The notes: generated from the sequence alone by a model not told the origin. A stretch of DNA of 64,000 bases from Mobula hypostoma (GCF_963921235.1 NC_086118.1:18478001-18542000); one strand, 5' to 3'; positions 12,546 through 27,179 are shown, counted from the first letter of the stretch. Made by a program: numbers and translations.

Positions 12546-13569
12546 GTTGGGTTTGGCCTTCAGGGTATCCCTGTCCATCTTTTCTACATGGACTGTCTTT
12601 CTGTGCAACCACTCTTTCTTTTCCAACTTCCCCTAGTTATAATGAAAATTTTATACTTTTTATTTTTCCCCATAGAAGCTGCTGATCTCACTGAGTATTC
12701 CACTATTTCCAATTATAAATTTTCCAGCATTTGAGGTGTTTTTCTTTTGAATTTTATGCTAACTAATGATCATTAATATATTTTCAAATGAAAATAAGAA
12801 GTTTCACTCATTTGGCAACTTAATATTGGGCTTTCCTTTGAGCTTTTTGAATGGGTAGATTTAGTATAACAAAGAACTGAAATGTTCTACACCCTCCATG
12901 TAAAGTTGTAGCATAATCTTGTGGTGAACTTAACATCAAGATATGAATGGCTTGTCTTGGTAAAAGGAAATTGTACACTGCTTGCTTTTTACTTGAATTA
13001 TTTGGTGTTGATCAAGCTGTCTGATGGACTTTTAATTTGTTATTTTACATATTTCTGCAACATTAAGCAATGCACAATCTTATTACATAATGATCAGAAG
13101 TAAAGTATCTGATAACTTTAAACTTTAAAACAGGTTTATATTAATTAAATTTATTTATTTTAGTCTAGCCTTAAGTCATCTCAATAACAAATAATCCCAC
13201 AACATAATACATAGTACATGCATAGTGGTATGACATTTTTATCTTAATATTAGGCAAATGGTTTTCAAACTATCTTCTATGATGCTTTTGAGACTAAGCC
13301 TTTGAAAATTTTCAATCAACAATCATTCCAAATTTATGATAAACCCCTCCACCTACATTTTTCCCCATATCACCTTTACACTAATATAAAAACTTAACTT
13401 ATTGTGACCTTCCTTAAACCTCAACAACTTGCTTAGATTTTGATCAAACTTCCAACAATTTGGCTCGCTCAGTGTATGCTATTGCTTGATTAATCTCTGA
13501 AGAATTCCAGAATAGTTCTATTTTAAACCGCTATACAAATGTAAAGTGTCACTAAAAGACAGAGAATTC

Positions 13570-14825
13570 CATAGATGCATAGTGTCATAGAGTAATACAA
13601 CAAGGATACAGCCTCTTCAGCCCAACCAGTCCATGCTGACCACAATGTTCTCCCAGCTAGTTCCAATTACCTGAGTTCAGCCCATATCCCTCTAAGCCTT
13701 GCCCCTCCATGTACCTATCCAAGTGCTTCTTAAATTATACCATTATATTTGTCTCAGGTCTGGCCTCCAGCAGCTCATTCCATATTCTCACCACCCTCGG
13801 CATGAAAATGTTGTCCCTTTTCAACATTTCCCTTCTCACCATAAACTTATATCCCCTAATTTTTGACTCCCCTACCCTGAGACCATCCTTTACCTTTCAT
13901 AATTTTAAACATTTCTATAAGGTCGGACCTCATTGTCCTACATTCTTCAAGTATGGTCTCACTAATGAGTTATAAAACTGCAACATAGTAATCCAACTAC
14001 TATATTCAGAGCCCTGACTGTTGAAGGCCATTGTGCTAACTACCTTTCTCATATGCCACTTTCAATGAACTGTGCACTTGTACTCCTTGGTTCCAATACA
14101 CCCCTAATGCCCTTACTATTCATAGTACAAGTCTTTTGCTAGTTTGACTTTCCAAAATGCAACAACTCACACTTGTCTACTTTAAAGTTTATTTGCCGTT
14201 CCATGGCGTGACTGACCATAAAATAACTTCCTTCACCATCAACATCTAATTTTGTGTCATCTGCAAGCTTAGTGATCCAGCCTTATTCATTTGCATCGAC
14301 ATTATTTATATACATGATTAATAAACAAAGGTACTAATATCGACTCCTGCGGCACATCAAGATTTAAGATTCAAAAAACTTTATTGTCATTCTAACCGTA
14401 TATCAGCTCTGCAGGGCAGAATGAGACAGCGTTTCCCAGGAGCAGTGCAATCATAACATAACAAACGTAACACTAAATAATAAACATAACAATAAATAGT
14501 AAAACACAATAGCCACATGTCAGCCTCCACTAGTCACCATTCTGAGAAATAACCTTCAACCTCCACCCTTTTCCAACCTCCAAGCTAATTTTGAATCCAA
14601 TTAACTAGCTCTTCCTGGATTCGCAGTTATTTTGTAAGTAACACTACTCTTTGCATTTCTGGTCAGATGCTAACTGCATTTCATTGGCTTTGTATCTGTA
14701 CTCAGTACAATGACAATAAAGTTGAATCTAATCTAATCTAATCTAATTTCGTGGGACCTAACCTTCCAGATTAGCATACCATTGGGGATCTTATCAAAGG
14801 CCTTGCTAAAATCCAATTATACAAC
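13570..14825 (-). mobile_element. Old CR1 LINE fragment containing two short LINE 3'-end stubs (~14358-14520, ~14625-14745)
   Basis: CR1-type 3' end (revcomp CATAGAGTAATACAAC...CAGCCCAACCAGTCCATG) and RT remnants. Stubs end in AATAAA plus (TCTTAAA)/(TCTAA)n tails. Confidence 0.6.
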
Positions 14826-14849
14826 ATAAGGTTAAAGTAACTCATTGTA

Positions 14850-15240
14850 TACACACACAAAATGCTGGAGGAACTCAGCAGGCCAGACAGCATCTATGGA
14901 AAGGACAGATGGAAAAGGTATCCAGGCGGGGGCATCAGGAAGGCAGCATCCATTGTTAAGGACATCATAATCCAGGATCTGCCCTCTTTTCATACTCCCA
15001 ACAGGGTGGAGATACAGCAGCCTGAAGATGCACACTCAGTGTTTTAGGAACAAGCTCTTCCCTTCATCAGGTTTCTGAATGGTCCATGAACTCAAACCAT
15101 ACCTCACTATTTTCCTTGCTTTTTGCAGCATGTATTCATTTTTATATTTATTATAGCCTATTGTAAATAATTGGGTATTACACTCCACCGCGGTCACAAA
15201 TCAAATTTCATGACGTTTCAATGATGATAAATTTGATCCT
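14850..15240. mobile_element. Penelope pLTR remnant (-, ~14850-14905) abutting a Rex1-type 3' fragment (+, ~14925-15240)
   Basis: ACACACAAAATGCTGGAGGAACTCAGCAGGCCAG matches the pLTR revcomp; RKAASIVKD is a Rex1 C-terminal motif. Confidence 0.55.
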
Positions 15241-15739
15241 ATCTCATAACTTTTGTTAACTTTAAGGAGGAATGAGTTTGTAGAGAAAAAGGCCACATAA
15301 TGGTAGGTCAAAAAACTTGCAGTTCAATCCACTTAAGCCTGTCAGTTTGTTAATTTCTGGCACAGACTGCTAATAAGTTGTGCTGAATGCAACCTGAGAT
15401 ACATCACTTGTTAGTGCAGAGTGTTGGTCCCTTATGAGATACAGAATAAGCATTCGCAGAAGGGATACCAATAAGAAATGAGAAGGTAATTGCTTATTTT
15501 GGTACAATGTTGGGATAAATTGGGTGAATTAAATTTTTCTCTTGTTTCTGAAAATTGAATGGGGGAATGTTTCATATTTTTAAAAATATTTTTTAATACA
15601 TTAAAGATGGCAAAGGAAAAGAGAAGATGCCTGCCTGCCCTTAAAATAATGAGAGGAATTGATAATTCTAAAAATAACTTGTATTGGTCTCACAAATTGG
15701 ACAAACAAATTCATCTACAAACTCCTAGACTGAGAACTC

Positions 15740-16785
15740 TGCAACCAAATTTTTCACTTCCTGACCAACAAACCGCAATCAGTAACGATACGCAGCAAAT
15801 TCTCAGCACCTGTACCCCACAAGGCTGTGTTCTTGGCTCCTTATTTTACTTGTTATGCACTCACAATTGTATAGGATTCTGCTCTAATGACATCTACAAG
15901 TTTGCAGATGACACTGTTTTTGTGGGCGAGATTCCAAACGATGATGAGACAGGGTAGAGGAAGTAAAGAGATTGTATAGTGGGATGAGCTCAAGACAATA
16001 ACCTTCTTCTCGATGTCAACAAAACAAAGGAGCTAGTCATTGACCTCTGAAAGCAGGTGGAGCTCACACACCTGTCTCTATCAATGGTGCTGAGGTGGAG
16101 ACATTTGAGAGCTTCAGGTTCCATGGTATAAATATCAGCAACAACTTGCACTGGTCCTGCCAGGTAGATTACATGGCCAAGAAAGCCTACCGGTGCCTCT
16201 GCTTCCTGAGTAGGCTAAGGAATTCCAGTATGTCCCTGAAGGCAGTCACTGGTTTTCATAGCTACACCATAGAAAGCACCCGGCTGGATGCATCACAGCT
16301 TGGGAGGGCAACTGCTCTGTCAAGATGGTAAGAAATTGCAAATAGTGAATGCAGCTCAGTCCATCACGAAAACCAGCCTCCTCTCCAGTAACTCTGTCGA
16401 TGTTTCATTCCGCCTCAGAAAAGCAGCAAACATAATCAAGGATCCTTTCTCTCATCACTCCCCCTTCTATTGGGCAGAAGATACAAAAGCTTTGGAACAC
16501 TTACCACCGGGCTCAAGGACAGCTTCTACACTACTATTACAAGACCTTTCCATCAATAAAAATGACCCCTTGGTCTTTCAATCTACCTTGTCATGACCCT
16601 TGCATGTCTCTACCTGCATTGCACTTTCTCTGAAACTGTAACACTATATTCGGTATTCTGATATCGGTTTCATTCTCTACCACTTCAAAGTACTGAAATA
16701 TGGAATGACCTTTGTGGATGACATGCAGACAAAAAATTTTTATTGCATCTCGGTGCATGCAACAATAAAAATCTATTACCAATTA
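15740..16785 (+). mobile_element. Rex1/Babar LINE 3' half
   Basis: TPQGCVLGSLFY, IYKFADDTVFVG, NVNKTKELVID-like, KKAYRCLCFLSRLR. Polyadenylation-type tail. Confidence 0.85.
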
Positions 16786-18847
16786 ATTAGACTAAACTGC
16801 TGTTGTTCAAACTCATTGAAATGACACCATTCAAGCTACCCAGCATGGAAAACAGGCTCTTTGACCCAATTCATCCATAGCAAAAGCATGGGGACAGATT
16901 CCTTAAAGTTAAAAGAAAGCCAAATTCAGGAGAATTAATGCTTTGTCAAAAATTCTGGCACACTTGGTGCCAGCATGTTTGGAAATCATCACAATCATTG
17001 AAGGAGAGGAAACACTTCCAGTCGAGGTTGTTTTGCAGCAACCCACTGAACAACATGGAGATCATCAACTGTTTCTGCACTGTTGGCTCTAATTATAATA
17101 CAGATATATGGAATCATACATTTGAATCAAAGAGTAGTGTCAGAAAGAAGAAGGAATTTGGGAAAATCAGTTCTCAGCTCCGACTGCTTAATAGTCATTA
17201 CAGGTCACAGCAAGGTAAATGAGAAAGCAAAGCCAAAGGTCTTTAATATGATGTTCAGTTTATTGAGAAGGACCACTGATCTAAAACTGTTTTACAGTAA
17301 CTCATTTGATAATAACTGCAGAACACCATCTGACCTATCAGATTACTTGCAATGAACCCTTACCACTGAGGAATAGATCAGGAAATAACAGTAGGAAAGA
17401 AGTTGTGGGGAATTGGGGAAGTGGGGCAGTAGATAGAAAGGACAGACACTGACTAACAGAGTGTGACGGTCAACAAACAGGAGTTAAAATTGATCGCAGT
17501 GTGCGGAAGAAGGGTCAGTTACTGAGAATGAGAAACAAGGCCAAGGTTTGAAAGCAAAATCTTATCCAAAACAAGAGCAGCTCATTTTGCTTGAATCTTC
17601 AGCGATGGACCTCCCTACTTCAGCTGGTTTTGAACCCGTTAGTTAAAGCAGAAGCAGGCTTAAACCTCTTGATGAGACTTGGTTCTGCCCTTAAGACTTG
17701 ACATTGTGAGCATTGTGCATTCATGGTAGGAAATTGCTAAAAATGATACTAATCAGACATTATCCTACTCCATAGTCTGTGGATCAAAGAATTTTTTGCA
17801 GAATCTAAAAGCAATAGGGTTTTGGATAAAAATCAATTGCAGACTGCAATGAAAAGTTGCACCACACAATTGAATTTCAAGGTTCAAAATTTCTCATCTA
17901 GCTACGCAAAATTACCTTACACCATGACTTGTATAATCAAAATGAAATATTGTGAAAAATACAGTGGGCTATGAACTATGTGTACTATAAATACTTCATT
18001 TCATAGTCGATTCAAATTTGATGAATAATCAGTTTTGCATTTTGTACTCACTTACTAAAATCGTTTCATAAATTAGCATGCTGAAATATAAAGAACGGAA
18101 CTAGTGAACTTTTAACATAAAGCACTGAAGAACTTTCCAAATTATAAAATATTACCCAATATTGCTATATCATCCATGTATGAAGTCCAGTTTTTATTAA
18201 CTGAGCGGGAATATTACCTTGCATTATTGTTTAAACTAATGTTTCAAAATGTGAGTGTCACAGTAAAATGTCCATATTATTATTTGGGGCAGAGTGGCTT
18301 ATCAAGCAGGACAACAATGGGCAAAGGTCATCGTGGGTATGCAAAAGTAGGTCAAGTCTAGTTGAACTGATTGAACATTTTGAGGAGAAGAAGAATGTGA
18401 CAGAAATATAAGGATAGATGCTATTTATTTGGACCCCATAAGGTTGGTGACAAGTCTCAGCAAGTAGAGTCTGAAATGAACTAAGACATGGTTGCATGAA
18501 ACACACACAAAATCGAGGAATTCAGCATTCATCTTCTCTCTCATGTTTTGTTTTCGTTGCCTTATGCTGGTTTTTAAAAGCTTCCCAATCCTCTAACTTT
18601 CCACTATTTTTTGGTTTTATGCTGTCATCGACTTAATTTGTCAGCCACATTGCCTCATACCTCCCAATGATGAAGAAATATTCTAAAGGGAGTATCTTTC
18701 CTGCGCCTTCTGAAATGCCCCCAGAAACTCCAGCCACTGCTGTTCTGCCATTATCCCTGTTAGTGTCCCCTTCCAGTCAGCTTTGGCCAGCATCTTTCTC
18801 ATGCTTCTTCACTTCAATTCTTCAATTCCCTTCACTCAACAGTAATA

Positions 18848-19218
18848 CTGAGCATATTGGGCGGATGGGGCTTGCCAGCCGTGGTTGGCAGCTCATCTAG
18901 AAGAAGGAAAACTGCTCTCAAACCTCTGCTGCCATGTGCCTATATCCACTCATGGAGACGGCTGCAGGAGTACACTCCGAGGGAAAAATCTGGAGCTGGA
19001 GTCCCTAAGGCAGTCCGATGTTGAGGTCAACACTGACTGGCAACTCCTGTGACACTGCTGGTACAAAACTGTATCAGCCTCTGCCTTTCCTTTGGGTTCA
19101 ACAGATGCATGGGGACGGGGAGCTTGCTCTCCATATCATACTACCAACGGTGCGTATCTAGACAGTTTGGATGCAACATCCAAGGTTGACCCCGGCCGAC
19201 AGAGGCCTCACTCACTCA
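18848..19218 (+). mobile_element. Short non-autonomous retroelement with (CTCA)n tail, probably RTE-related
   Basis: GC-richer block ending CCTCACTCACTCA. Flanked by an imperfect duplication ACTCAAYAGTRAT (~18835 and ~19214). Confidence 0.45.
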
Positions 19219-19349
19219 ATAGTGATCTATCTGATGTTATGTTCTCCCTCTCAAACTATAGGGTGAATTCTATCATTTTATCTTTACCTCCTAATGCTTC
19301 CATTACTTTAATTTCCCTAATTAAATCTGGTTCATTGCACAACACCCAA

Positions 19350-21125
19350 TCCAGAATGGTGACGTGCAGGCCCTTCTACTCAGTGACAGAGTTCACCGTC
19401 ATTGTGATTATTGATGTTTAGATCCCTTTTCTAGTGATGAGGAAGTGCTGCAGGAGCCCTATGGTGCCATTTGTGACCTCAAAGCTACTCATCCCCATGG
19501 TGCTGGTGACTTCAATCATGCCAACTTAAAAAGAGTCCTGCCAAATTTCTACCAGCATGTCAACTTTGCAGCCAGTGCAGGGAATAAATTAGACCTGGTT
19601 TATACCAACATTCATAGAGCCTACAAAACTGCCCCTGCTCTCACCTCATTTTCTCAGACCACATATCCATTTTGCTAATTCCTGTACAGAACACTGGATT
19701 AACATGTCCAACCAGCTCACAGGGAAATCAGGACCTGGCCAGAAGGAGCCACCACAGCACTGCAGGGGTACTTCAAAAACACAGACTGGAGCATATTCGT
19801 AACATCAATGTTGATGAATCTGCAGGATCAGTGACTGGAAAATAGCAATATTGAGGACATTACCAGGATTAGACACTACACCCCGGGGCACAGAAGTTCA
19901 TGCACTGCTTAGGAATAAGGAAGCTGCCTTCAGATTGGGGGACAGGACGACTTTGATGAAAGCCACAGCCACACTCTCCCATGCCATCAGGAAGGTAAAG
20001 CATGAGTATGCACAGAAAATTCACACACACCTTTGTGACACCAGAGACACCTGGCACATGTGGCAAGGTATACAACCCATAACCAACCGCAAATCCACCC
20101 AGCGTGTCAATGATAACCACACCTTCCCTTCTGATGGGCTGAATGCCTTATATGAACAATTTGATACATTGAACGATGTGAAATCGAAGAAAGCCCCCCT
20201 CTCATTTTGAGGCCCAAGTCATATCGACCCTGGACGTATGGAGTCTCAGAAAGGTGGTTTTCTCACTGCTGAGTCGGGTGGCTGTAGCGAGGGGCTAATG
20301 AGCCACAACTCTAGAGACATCTGGTAAAAGGGGGTTTCAAGGGGATAGTAAAAACCACAGAAAGGATCACCAAGGTTTCCCTATCCCCATCTGTGAATTT
20401 TACCAGGAAGTTTGCAGATGCGGGGCTTGAAGCATTGAGGATCCCTACCACCCATCCCACAATCTCTTTGACCCACTGGTCTCAGGAAGGAGGTACAGGA
20501 TTAGGACCTCCAAACTGGGTAACAGCTTCTTCTCTCAGGCTGTGAAGCTAATGAATACCCAGACACCACCAAGGCCTCGTCTCTAGGACAGCGAGCTGTT
20601 TACTGAGAAAAGGATCTAGTGCTTTCCTGTGTGTAAATGGTTAATAAACTCTTCTCAGCTTCCAGCCATGTACAGGAGACACCGCTCCTTGAAAGTGTCG
20701 TGGATACTTTGTACGCTAGTATCCAAGATGGAGCCGACTAAATTTACAACCCTCTGCAGCTTCTTTCGGTCCTGTGCAGTACACGTACCCATACCAGACA
20801 GTGATGCAGCCTGTCAGAATGCTCTCCACAGTACATCTATAGAAGTTTTTCAGTGTATTTGTTGACATACCAAATCTCTTCAAACTCCTAATGAAGTATA
20901 ACCACTGTCTTGCCTTGATCTAATTTATTTATTTGTGCTGTCTGCTGTTCAACTGTGCTGCCCACTACCTGCATTTTGAATTATATTTTATTACCATATT
21001 TATGGTAATATTTTGGTTTATGTGCTGTGTGTGATATATGTTTTGTGGGTGCACCATGGCCTGGATGAACATTGTTTCGTTTGGTTGTACGCATGCACAG
21101 TCAGATAACAATGAACTTGAACTTG
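19350..21125 (+). mobile_element. Fragmented Rex1-type LINE including APE endonuclease, with an antisense Rex1 piece at ~20660-20920
   Basis: MVTCRPFY..., AGDFNHANLKRVLPNFYQHV, LDLVYTNI, MWQGIQPITN, LNALYEQFD. (TTGAAC)n tail at ~21115. Confidence 0.75.
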
Positions 21126-21399
21126 AGGAACTTATGCTCACTTTTGCAATTTTAAATCTGGAAATAAGGAATTTGTTCTCAGAGATATTCTGCTTTCCTT
21201 GCAAGGTGCTGCAGTTGCCATCAATTCAGAATTGCTGATTCACTGGGATCTTATTTTGCTATTCCCTGTTCTTGCTGTAAAGGCTAATAAAAACGTAATT
21301 CTCATAAGTCAGTGCTGTAATTGTTTAGAATTAGTGACAATGTGAGGGTGACTGTCTTTACCATCAAGGCTGTATTTGTCCAAGTGAGGTGTTACGTAG

Positions 21400-21900
21400 A
21401 TCTGGTAAAAGTGAAGTCAAGGACAATTAGGCGATATATTCTTCATTTACCACAGTATGCCTCGTACAAAGTGGAAGTTATTGTGTTATTGGTCAATCAT
21501 CCCAGCATCAGGATATCTGCACCAGATCTTCATTACAGTGTCCTGGTCACAACTCTCCTCATTTAGTCCACTAAGGTCCTCCCTTTCATCATAAAGTCAG
21601 AAATAGGAGATTTCCCTGTGATATTCAACTCAACAATAGACTGCAGTTACTCATCAAGGCCTCTTAGACAACAATTCTCAAACCCGCAAGCTCTATGAAC
21701 AGAAAGCACCAGGACAGTGGGTGCATCAGAACACTGCCACCTACAGATGCCCCTCAGGGCTGCATATCTTCCTGATTTAGAAGAACATCATTGTTTTTCT
21801 ATTGATACTGGGCCTACCTCTACCTCTTTCCCAATGGCATTCTCAGAAGTCCTTCTGCTTTGAGCTGGATCATTAATGTGATACCTTAGTAATGAGTCCA
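21400..21900 (+). mobile_element. Very old CR1/L2-like LINE remnant
   Basis: Weak similarity to a QGSVLGP RT segment (~21530-21610) and to a LINE C-terminal region. Confidence 0.35.
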
Positions 21901-22559
21901 CACACCATAAAACTTAGTGCTTCAGATTGAACAAAGTTAATTCCTTCCTTCTCTCTAGCAATTTATTGATATTGTTTTGCGGAGCATCATAGTGGAAGAA
22001 AGGGCAGAATCTGTTAAGAGTGGGGTGAGCTTAAGACTAGGTACAAGTATGTGAACATCAAACTAGGACCAGGGATAGGCCTTTTGCCCGTTTGAACTTG
22101 TTCAAACACTCAGTAAGTACATAGCTGATTGGACTGTAACCTCAACACTGCATTCACACCTATCTGGGGTAACCTTCCACCACCTTGATTATCAGAGGAT
22201 GTGGTAGTGGAAACTCTACAGAATCAAGCATCTGATCAACCTACCACACTCAGGCCTCATGTGGCATCTGCTGATGCTGTCGGACCACTTCTAACTTATT
22301 CTGCAATCCATGACCATAATGGCAAGGCTGGTCTTGATGACAGAACGAAAAAGATGGAAAAAAACAAAGTTGCTGAGTGCAACTTGCCTAATTATTTTTA
22401 TGTATTAACAGAATTTTGTGCATAGCCTGAAAACAGCATATCATTAATAATTTTTATCATAAATATTCCAATGTAATGATCTGGAAATGTACACACTTCA
22501 GCCCTGTTGTGGCTGCCAGATTGATTTGAATAATAGTCTCTCTTACTCTAACCCTGGGT

Positions 22560-23790
22560 AGTGTTACTGCACAGTGTGACCACTGAGTACAAGTTCATTG
22601 TTCTCTGAACGTGCTGACACAGGTAGAGTGCTGAAGAAGGCATGTGGCATACTTACCTTCATCTGCCGAGGCATTGACTATAGCGTCATGTTACAGTTGG
22701 ACAATTGGCTGGTATCATGTGCGTTTCTGTTCACCACACCAGAGGAATGATGTGAGTAAGCTAGAGCAGTGGTCCCCAACCACCGGGCTGCAATGCATAT
22801 GCTACCAGGACGCGAGGAAATTATATGATTTGGCGATATGAAATGATATGAGTCAGCTGCCCCTTTGCTCATTCTCTGTCACGCACTGTTGAACTTGAAA
22901 TAACCTACCAAGTCATAGCAAGTAACACATAAAACCTAAAATAACACTAACATATGGTAAAAGCAGGAATGATATGATAAATACACAGCCTATATGAAGT
23001 AGAAATAATGTATGTACAGTGTAGTTTCACTTAACAGAATCGGGAAGATCAAGCCAAAACCAATCTGTAGAAAAGTATTGGCACGTACACGCATGCGTAC
23101 ATCATGTATGTGCACGTCATGCATGTGCACACAGGTGCCCCCGCAAGGCTTCATGGTCATGGTAGTCTTTCTCGGGGAAACACAAATGTCCCGTATTTGA
23201 CTGCTACTTTTGAGCCTTATTTGGGAGTGAGAAAGTTGGCAACCCTACTTGAACCCCCCCCCCCCCCGCTGGCCAGTCCGCAAGAATATTGTCAATATTA
23301 AACCGGTCGGCGGTACCCCTGAGCTAGAGAAATGCAAGGAAGATTCCTAGGAAAGTTGCCTAGACTGGAGATCTCCAGTTATTAAGAGAGACTGAATAGC
23401 TTGGAGCGAAGGAGGTTAAGGGTGCCCTTATGGAGGATTATTATAATTATGAGAGGCATAGATAGTACAGATAGTCACAGTTCTTTCCCCCTGCTGTAGT
23501 GAAGCCTAAAATGAGAAGGTAAAGGTGTAAAGTGAGAGAGGAAGATTTTAAGCTGATCTGAGGGACAATATTTCACACAAAGGTGGATACATAGAATGGG
23601 ATACCAAAGGTTATGGTAGTGGCTGGTACAATTACAATGTTTAAAAGACAGTTGGACAGCTACATGGATAGCAAAAGTTTTGAATAACATAGACCAATCA
23701 CAGGCAAATGGGTTTAGAGTAGGCAAACATCTTGGTTTGCATGGGTGAGTTAGATAAAGGGCCTATTTTCCATGATGAGTAACTATGAAT
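22560..23790 (+). mobile_element. Old CR1 3' fragment interrupted by a hAT MITE
   Basis: KKACGILTFI, YHVRFCSPHQRNDVSKLE|(MITE)|...MRGIDS. CR1-like 3' UTR. Confidence 0.7.
22767..23321 (+). mobile_element. hAT/Charlie-type MITE (555 bp)
   Basis: Perfect 8-bp TSD AGCTAGAG (22759-22766, 23322-23329). Left TIR CAGTGGTCCCCAACC. Right end ...GGTACCCCTG has lost ~16 bp of its TIR. Both subtermini match 48629-49531 in opposite orientation. Confidence 0.9.
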
Positions 23791-24353
23791 TTGTGAATTG
23801 AAACATTCCAATAAAATAGCAAAGCTCTGTGTAAACAGCTTCCTAGTGATGAAGTTATCAGCTTGGCCCCTGAGGAACCTGAAGAGCAAGGTAACCCTAT
23901 GGAACACTGGTAGCTGCTAAATACAACAGTCTAGAGACTCCTTTTGTCAATGTGTATGCATCTTCATTAAAAGTTCATTTAATGTTTCCAGCAAAAGCAT
24001 AAACCTAAGTTTCTGAATATCCATGGAACATATTAAACTCTTATGTCTGCTTGCTTTTCCTCTTTTAAAAAACCTTATCCCATCAATTTTACTCTCAGAT
24101 TTCTGTATCAAACATTTCCCACAATTTATTCTAATATCCGCAATTGTAATGACCAGTGAATATTTAAATGTTGTTACTGGCGAAACTGTTGAAGCTGCTG
24201 TTTCATTGGTGAAAGTACTTTGTCCTGCTTTGTATTTCTGAGCTTTTCAATATTAAACCGCAGAGAAATTCCAAAACTCCAACAATGCTAGGAGTGAACA
24301 ACACCAATAGACTCTCCTGGTCCAGCCACACGATGCCATGGCCAAGAGAGTCA

Positions 24354-27095
24354 TACATAATTCTTCTGGGTTAAATGTAAAAGCACATGAATGGCATACA
24401 CCATTATGTCACCATGTCATAAAAGAGTGCCTCACTAAAAGTAAAGTTAAACGTGCATGAATTATCTCTGGGTCCGGTGTTTTTCTTTCAATTAGTTTTT
24501 ATATTTTGGAGTTACAAAACATAATAGTGGTGACGAGTAACTTTTAAAATGAACCCGAGGCAACTACGTACCTGCTGCAGTGCAGTGAGACGTTCGAGTT
24601 AAAAAAAAAGTGCAGTACTTTTTTTTCTTCGGAAGGGGACATAGAGACATTCGAGTTAAAGACAAAGCGTAGCATGCTTTTTCTTCTTCAGAAGGGGGAG
24701 AGAAAGACAGGAGTTAAAAAAAGTAGGAAACGGACAAAATTGATGGTTTCATAAATAGTGAGTACCAGGTGATAATAATAAGTAGTAAAAAAGACATAAT
24801 GGCTGGCTACATTGAAAAGATAGTCACGTTTGATTGCACAAGAGATAACTGGGTTATGCTTACTAAACAGGTTGAGCAGTACTTTGAAGCAAATGGAACA
24901 GCGGATGAGAAATGAGTGGCAGCTTTACTGAGTGCAATTGGTGGAAGAGCATACAGTTTGGGTAGAAGTTGAATTGCTCCAACCAATCCAGCTGAAATGA
25001 GCTCTGCTAATATTATGGATGTAGCCATAGGTGCAATTGAGTTGCAGGCAGGAATGAATGTGAACGTGAACAAAATTGCAATGTCTAAACAGAAACCTGC
25101 CTGCCTGAATAAATTCTGTTATTGTTGAGGCAGGGAATCATATACATCAGACCAATGAAGTTTAAAGGCAAAATCTGCAGAAAATGCAACAAAGTAGGGC
25201 TCATAGAAAGAGCATGTTTGGTAGATAAAAGTAAATGGGCTGCACAGGGAACAGAAAAAGATACCAAGTAATGTTGCAGTTTCAAAGAGAGCACTAATCT
25301 GCATGCAGTTGATGAAAATTATTTTAATGAAGAGAGTGACACAGGACTGAGTAGCCTTAAGAGTTACAATGTGAAAAGTAACAATAGACAAGCAATATGG
25401 CTTACAACAGAAGTGACTAGGAAATTAATTAAAATGGAAGTGGACACTGGTTGAGCTGTTTCAGTCATTCCACAAAATAAGTTTGAATAGCATTTCAAAG
25501 ACATTTAAATTAAGTCTGCAGATATCCTGCTAAGATCTTATACTGGAGAAAAGATAACTCTTGTGGGAATGGCATTTTTAACAGTGAAATACAACAACCA
25601 ACAAGCCATGTTGGGTTTGTATGTGGTAAAAACAGGAGGGGCAGCATTGTGAGGGTGGGATTGGCTAAGACAACGACTACCTGACTGCAGATCCATCCAC
25701 CATTTGCTTTGCCTGGTAGCCTAGGATAGATCAGAAGATCGAGCAGCTTGCATGCACTGTTCAGGATGCCAACACATCCAGAAAGTGCCAAGAGCAGTGC
25801 CTCTCCATCCCCAGGAATGACCTGCATTTCCCTGGCAGAGGATTCATATGGATTTGGCCAGAACCTTCACGTGCACACCATTTCTTGGTGGTAGTGGATG
25901 CAGCTAGAATATGGCCAGAGGTATTCCCAACAGCCTCCCCTACAGTGTCACACACTGCTGATGTGTTGGGAAGCCTCTTCTCAAGGGCTGGTGATCCAGA
26001 ACACTTTATCAGTGACAATGGACAATACTTTGTTGCAGAATAGTTTCAGTCATTCCTGAAAACGAATTGAACAAGACATATTACATCTGCACCATACCAC
26101 TCAGCCTGTTGGACAAGTTTGTCCAGAGTCTAAAGAACATATTGCAAGCAACATGAGTAAAACATACTACACTAACACTGAATCAGAAGCCTGCCAATTT
26201 CCTCCTTGCATATCGTAATGCAGCACACTCTACAACAAAACAACTCACCAACTATGCTGTCCGTGGGTCGTTCTTGCACTCACGTTTGGATCTCCTCTAA
26301 CACAATATCAGAATGAGAATGCAGTTCTAACCGTTGACTCAAGTAGAAGGCTTTCAAGCAAGGGGGTTCAATATCTCATTCCTGGGCAAGCAGATGAAGG
26401 ACTACAGAGGTGGTCAAAAGTGGGCACTTGGAAAAATTAAGAACAGAACTGGACAACTTTTCTACACAGAGATGACTGCGTCTGATGTCATCTGGATACA
26501 ACACATCAAACAGTTGAAGAGAGCAGAGTCAATTGTTCGAGAAGAAAGGTGCCCAGAGCTATTAGAACAACTTTCTGCAGTCCCAGAGTCAACTCTTAAA
26601 ATCATCATGGAGTAAGTCCCAGAACCTGAGATTGCTTTACAGCCACACCTCTCCTGCCAAGCAGAGTAACCCCCACCCTGTCATGAAAGGCAATATCCCA
26701 CAAGAGTAACAAATCCACCACAGTGATTAAATCTTTAAGACTGGCTGGGCAATTTAAAACTTACTATGCAATGGATGTCTATATAGTAGTCATATTATAT
26801 AGTTTATTGTGTATATAGTTGAGATACATTATCTATTGAGTAAGCAGGATGGAGTGTGTGTTTAATATATCAGCAACATTTAAGTAATATTGTTAACATA
26901 TTGTTTGATTAATCATTCTTTGTTGTTTACATAATTCATTATGGGTTATATGTAAAAGTATGTGAATGGCACACGTCATTACACCACATCATAAGTGAGT
27001 GCCTCAATAAAATAAAAGCTAAATGTACACAAGTACATGACTCCTGTGTTTTTCTTTCAAATAGCTTTATGTTTTGGAGTTAAAAAAACGTAACC
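24354..27095 (+). mobile_element. Gypsy (Mag-like) LTR retrotransposon, internally deleted: gag-PR-IN, no RT/RNase H
   Basis: Truncated 5' LTR 24354-24526. PBS TGGTGACGAG 24528-24537. Gag MAGYIEKI.TFD...EQYFEANG from ~24799, with two Cys/His knuckles ~25115-25220. Protease IKMEVDTG ~25428. Integrase PWQRIHMD, FLVVVDA, ISDNG, SAPYH. Purine tract, then 3' LTR 26855-27095. Confidence 0.9.
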
Positions 27096-27179
27096 CTGTG
27101 TAACGTAGAAAATAAAAGGCCAAGTATGAAGCAATCTTTAAAGCGGAATAATAAGTGTAAGTATCACGATTCCTAAAAC

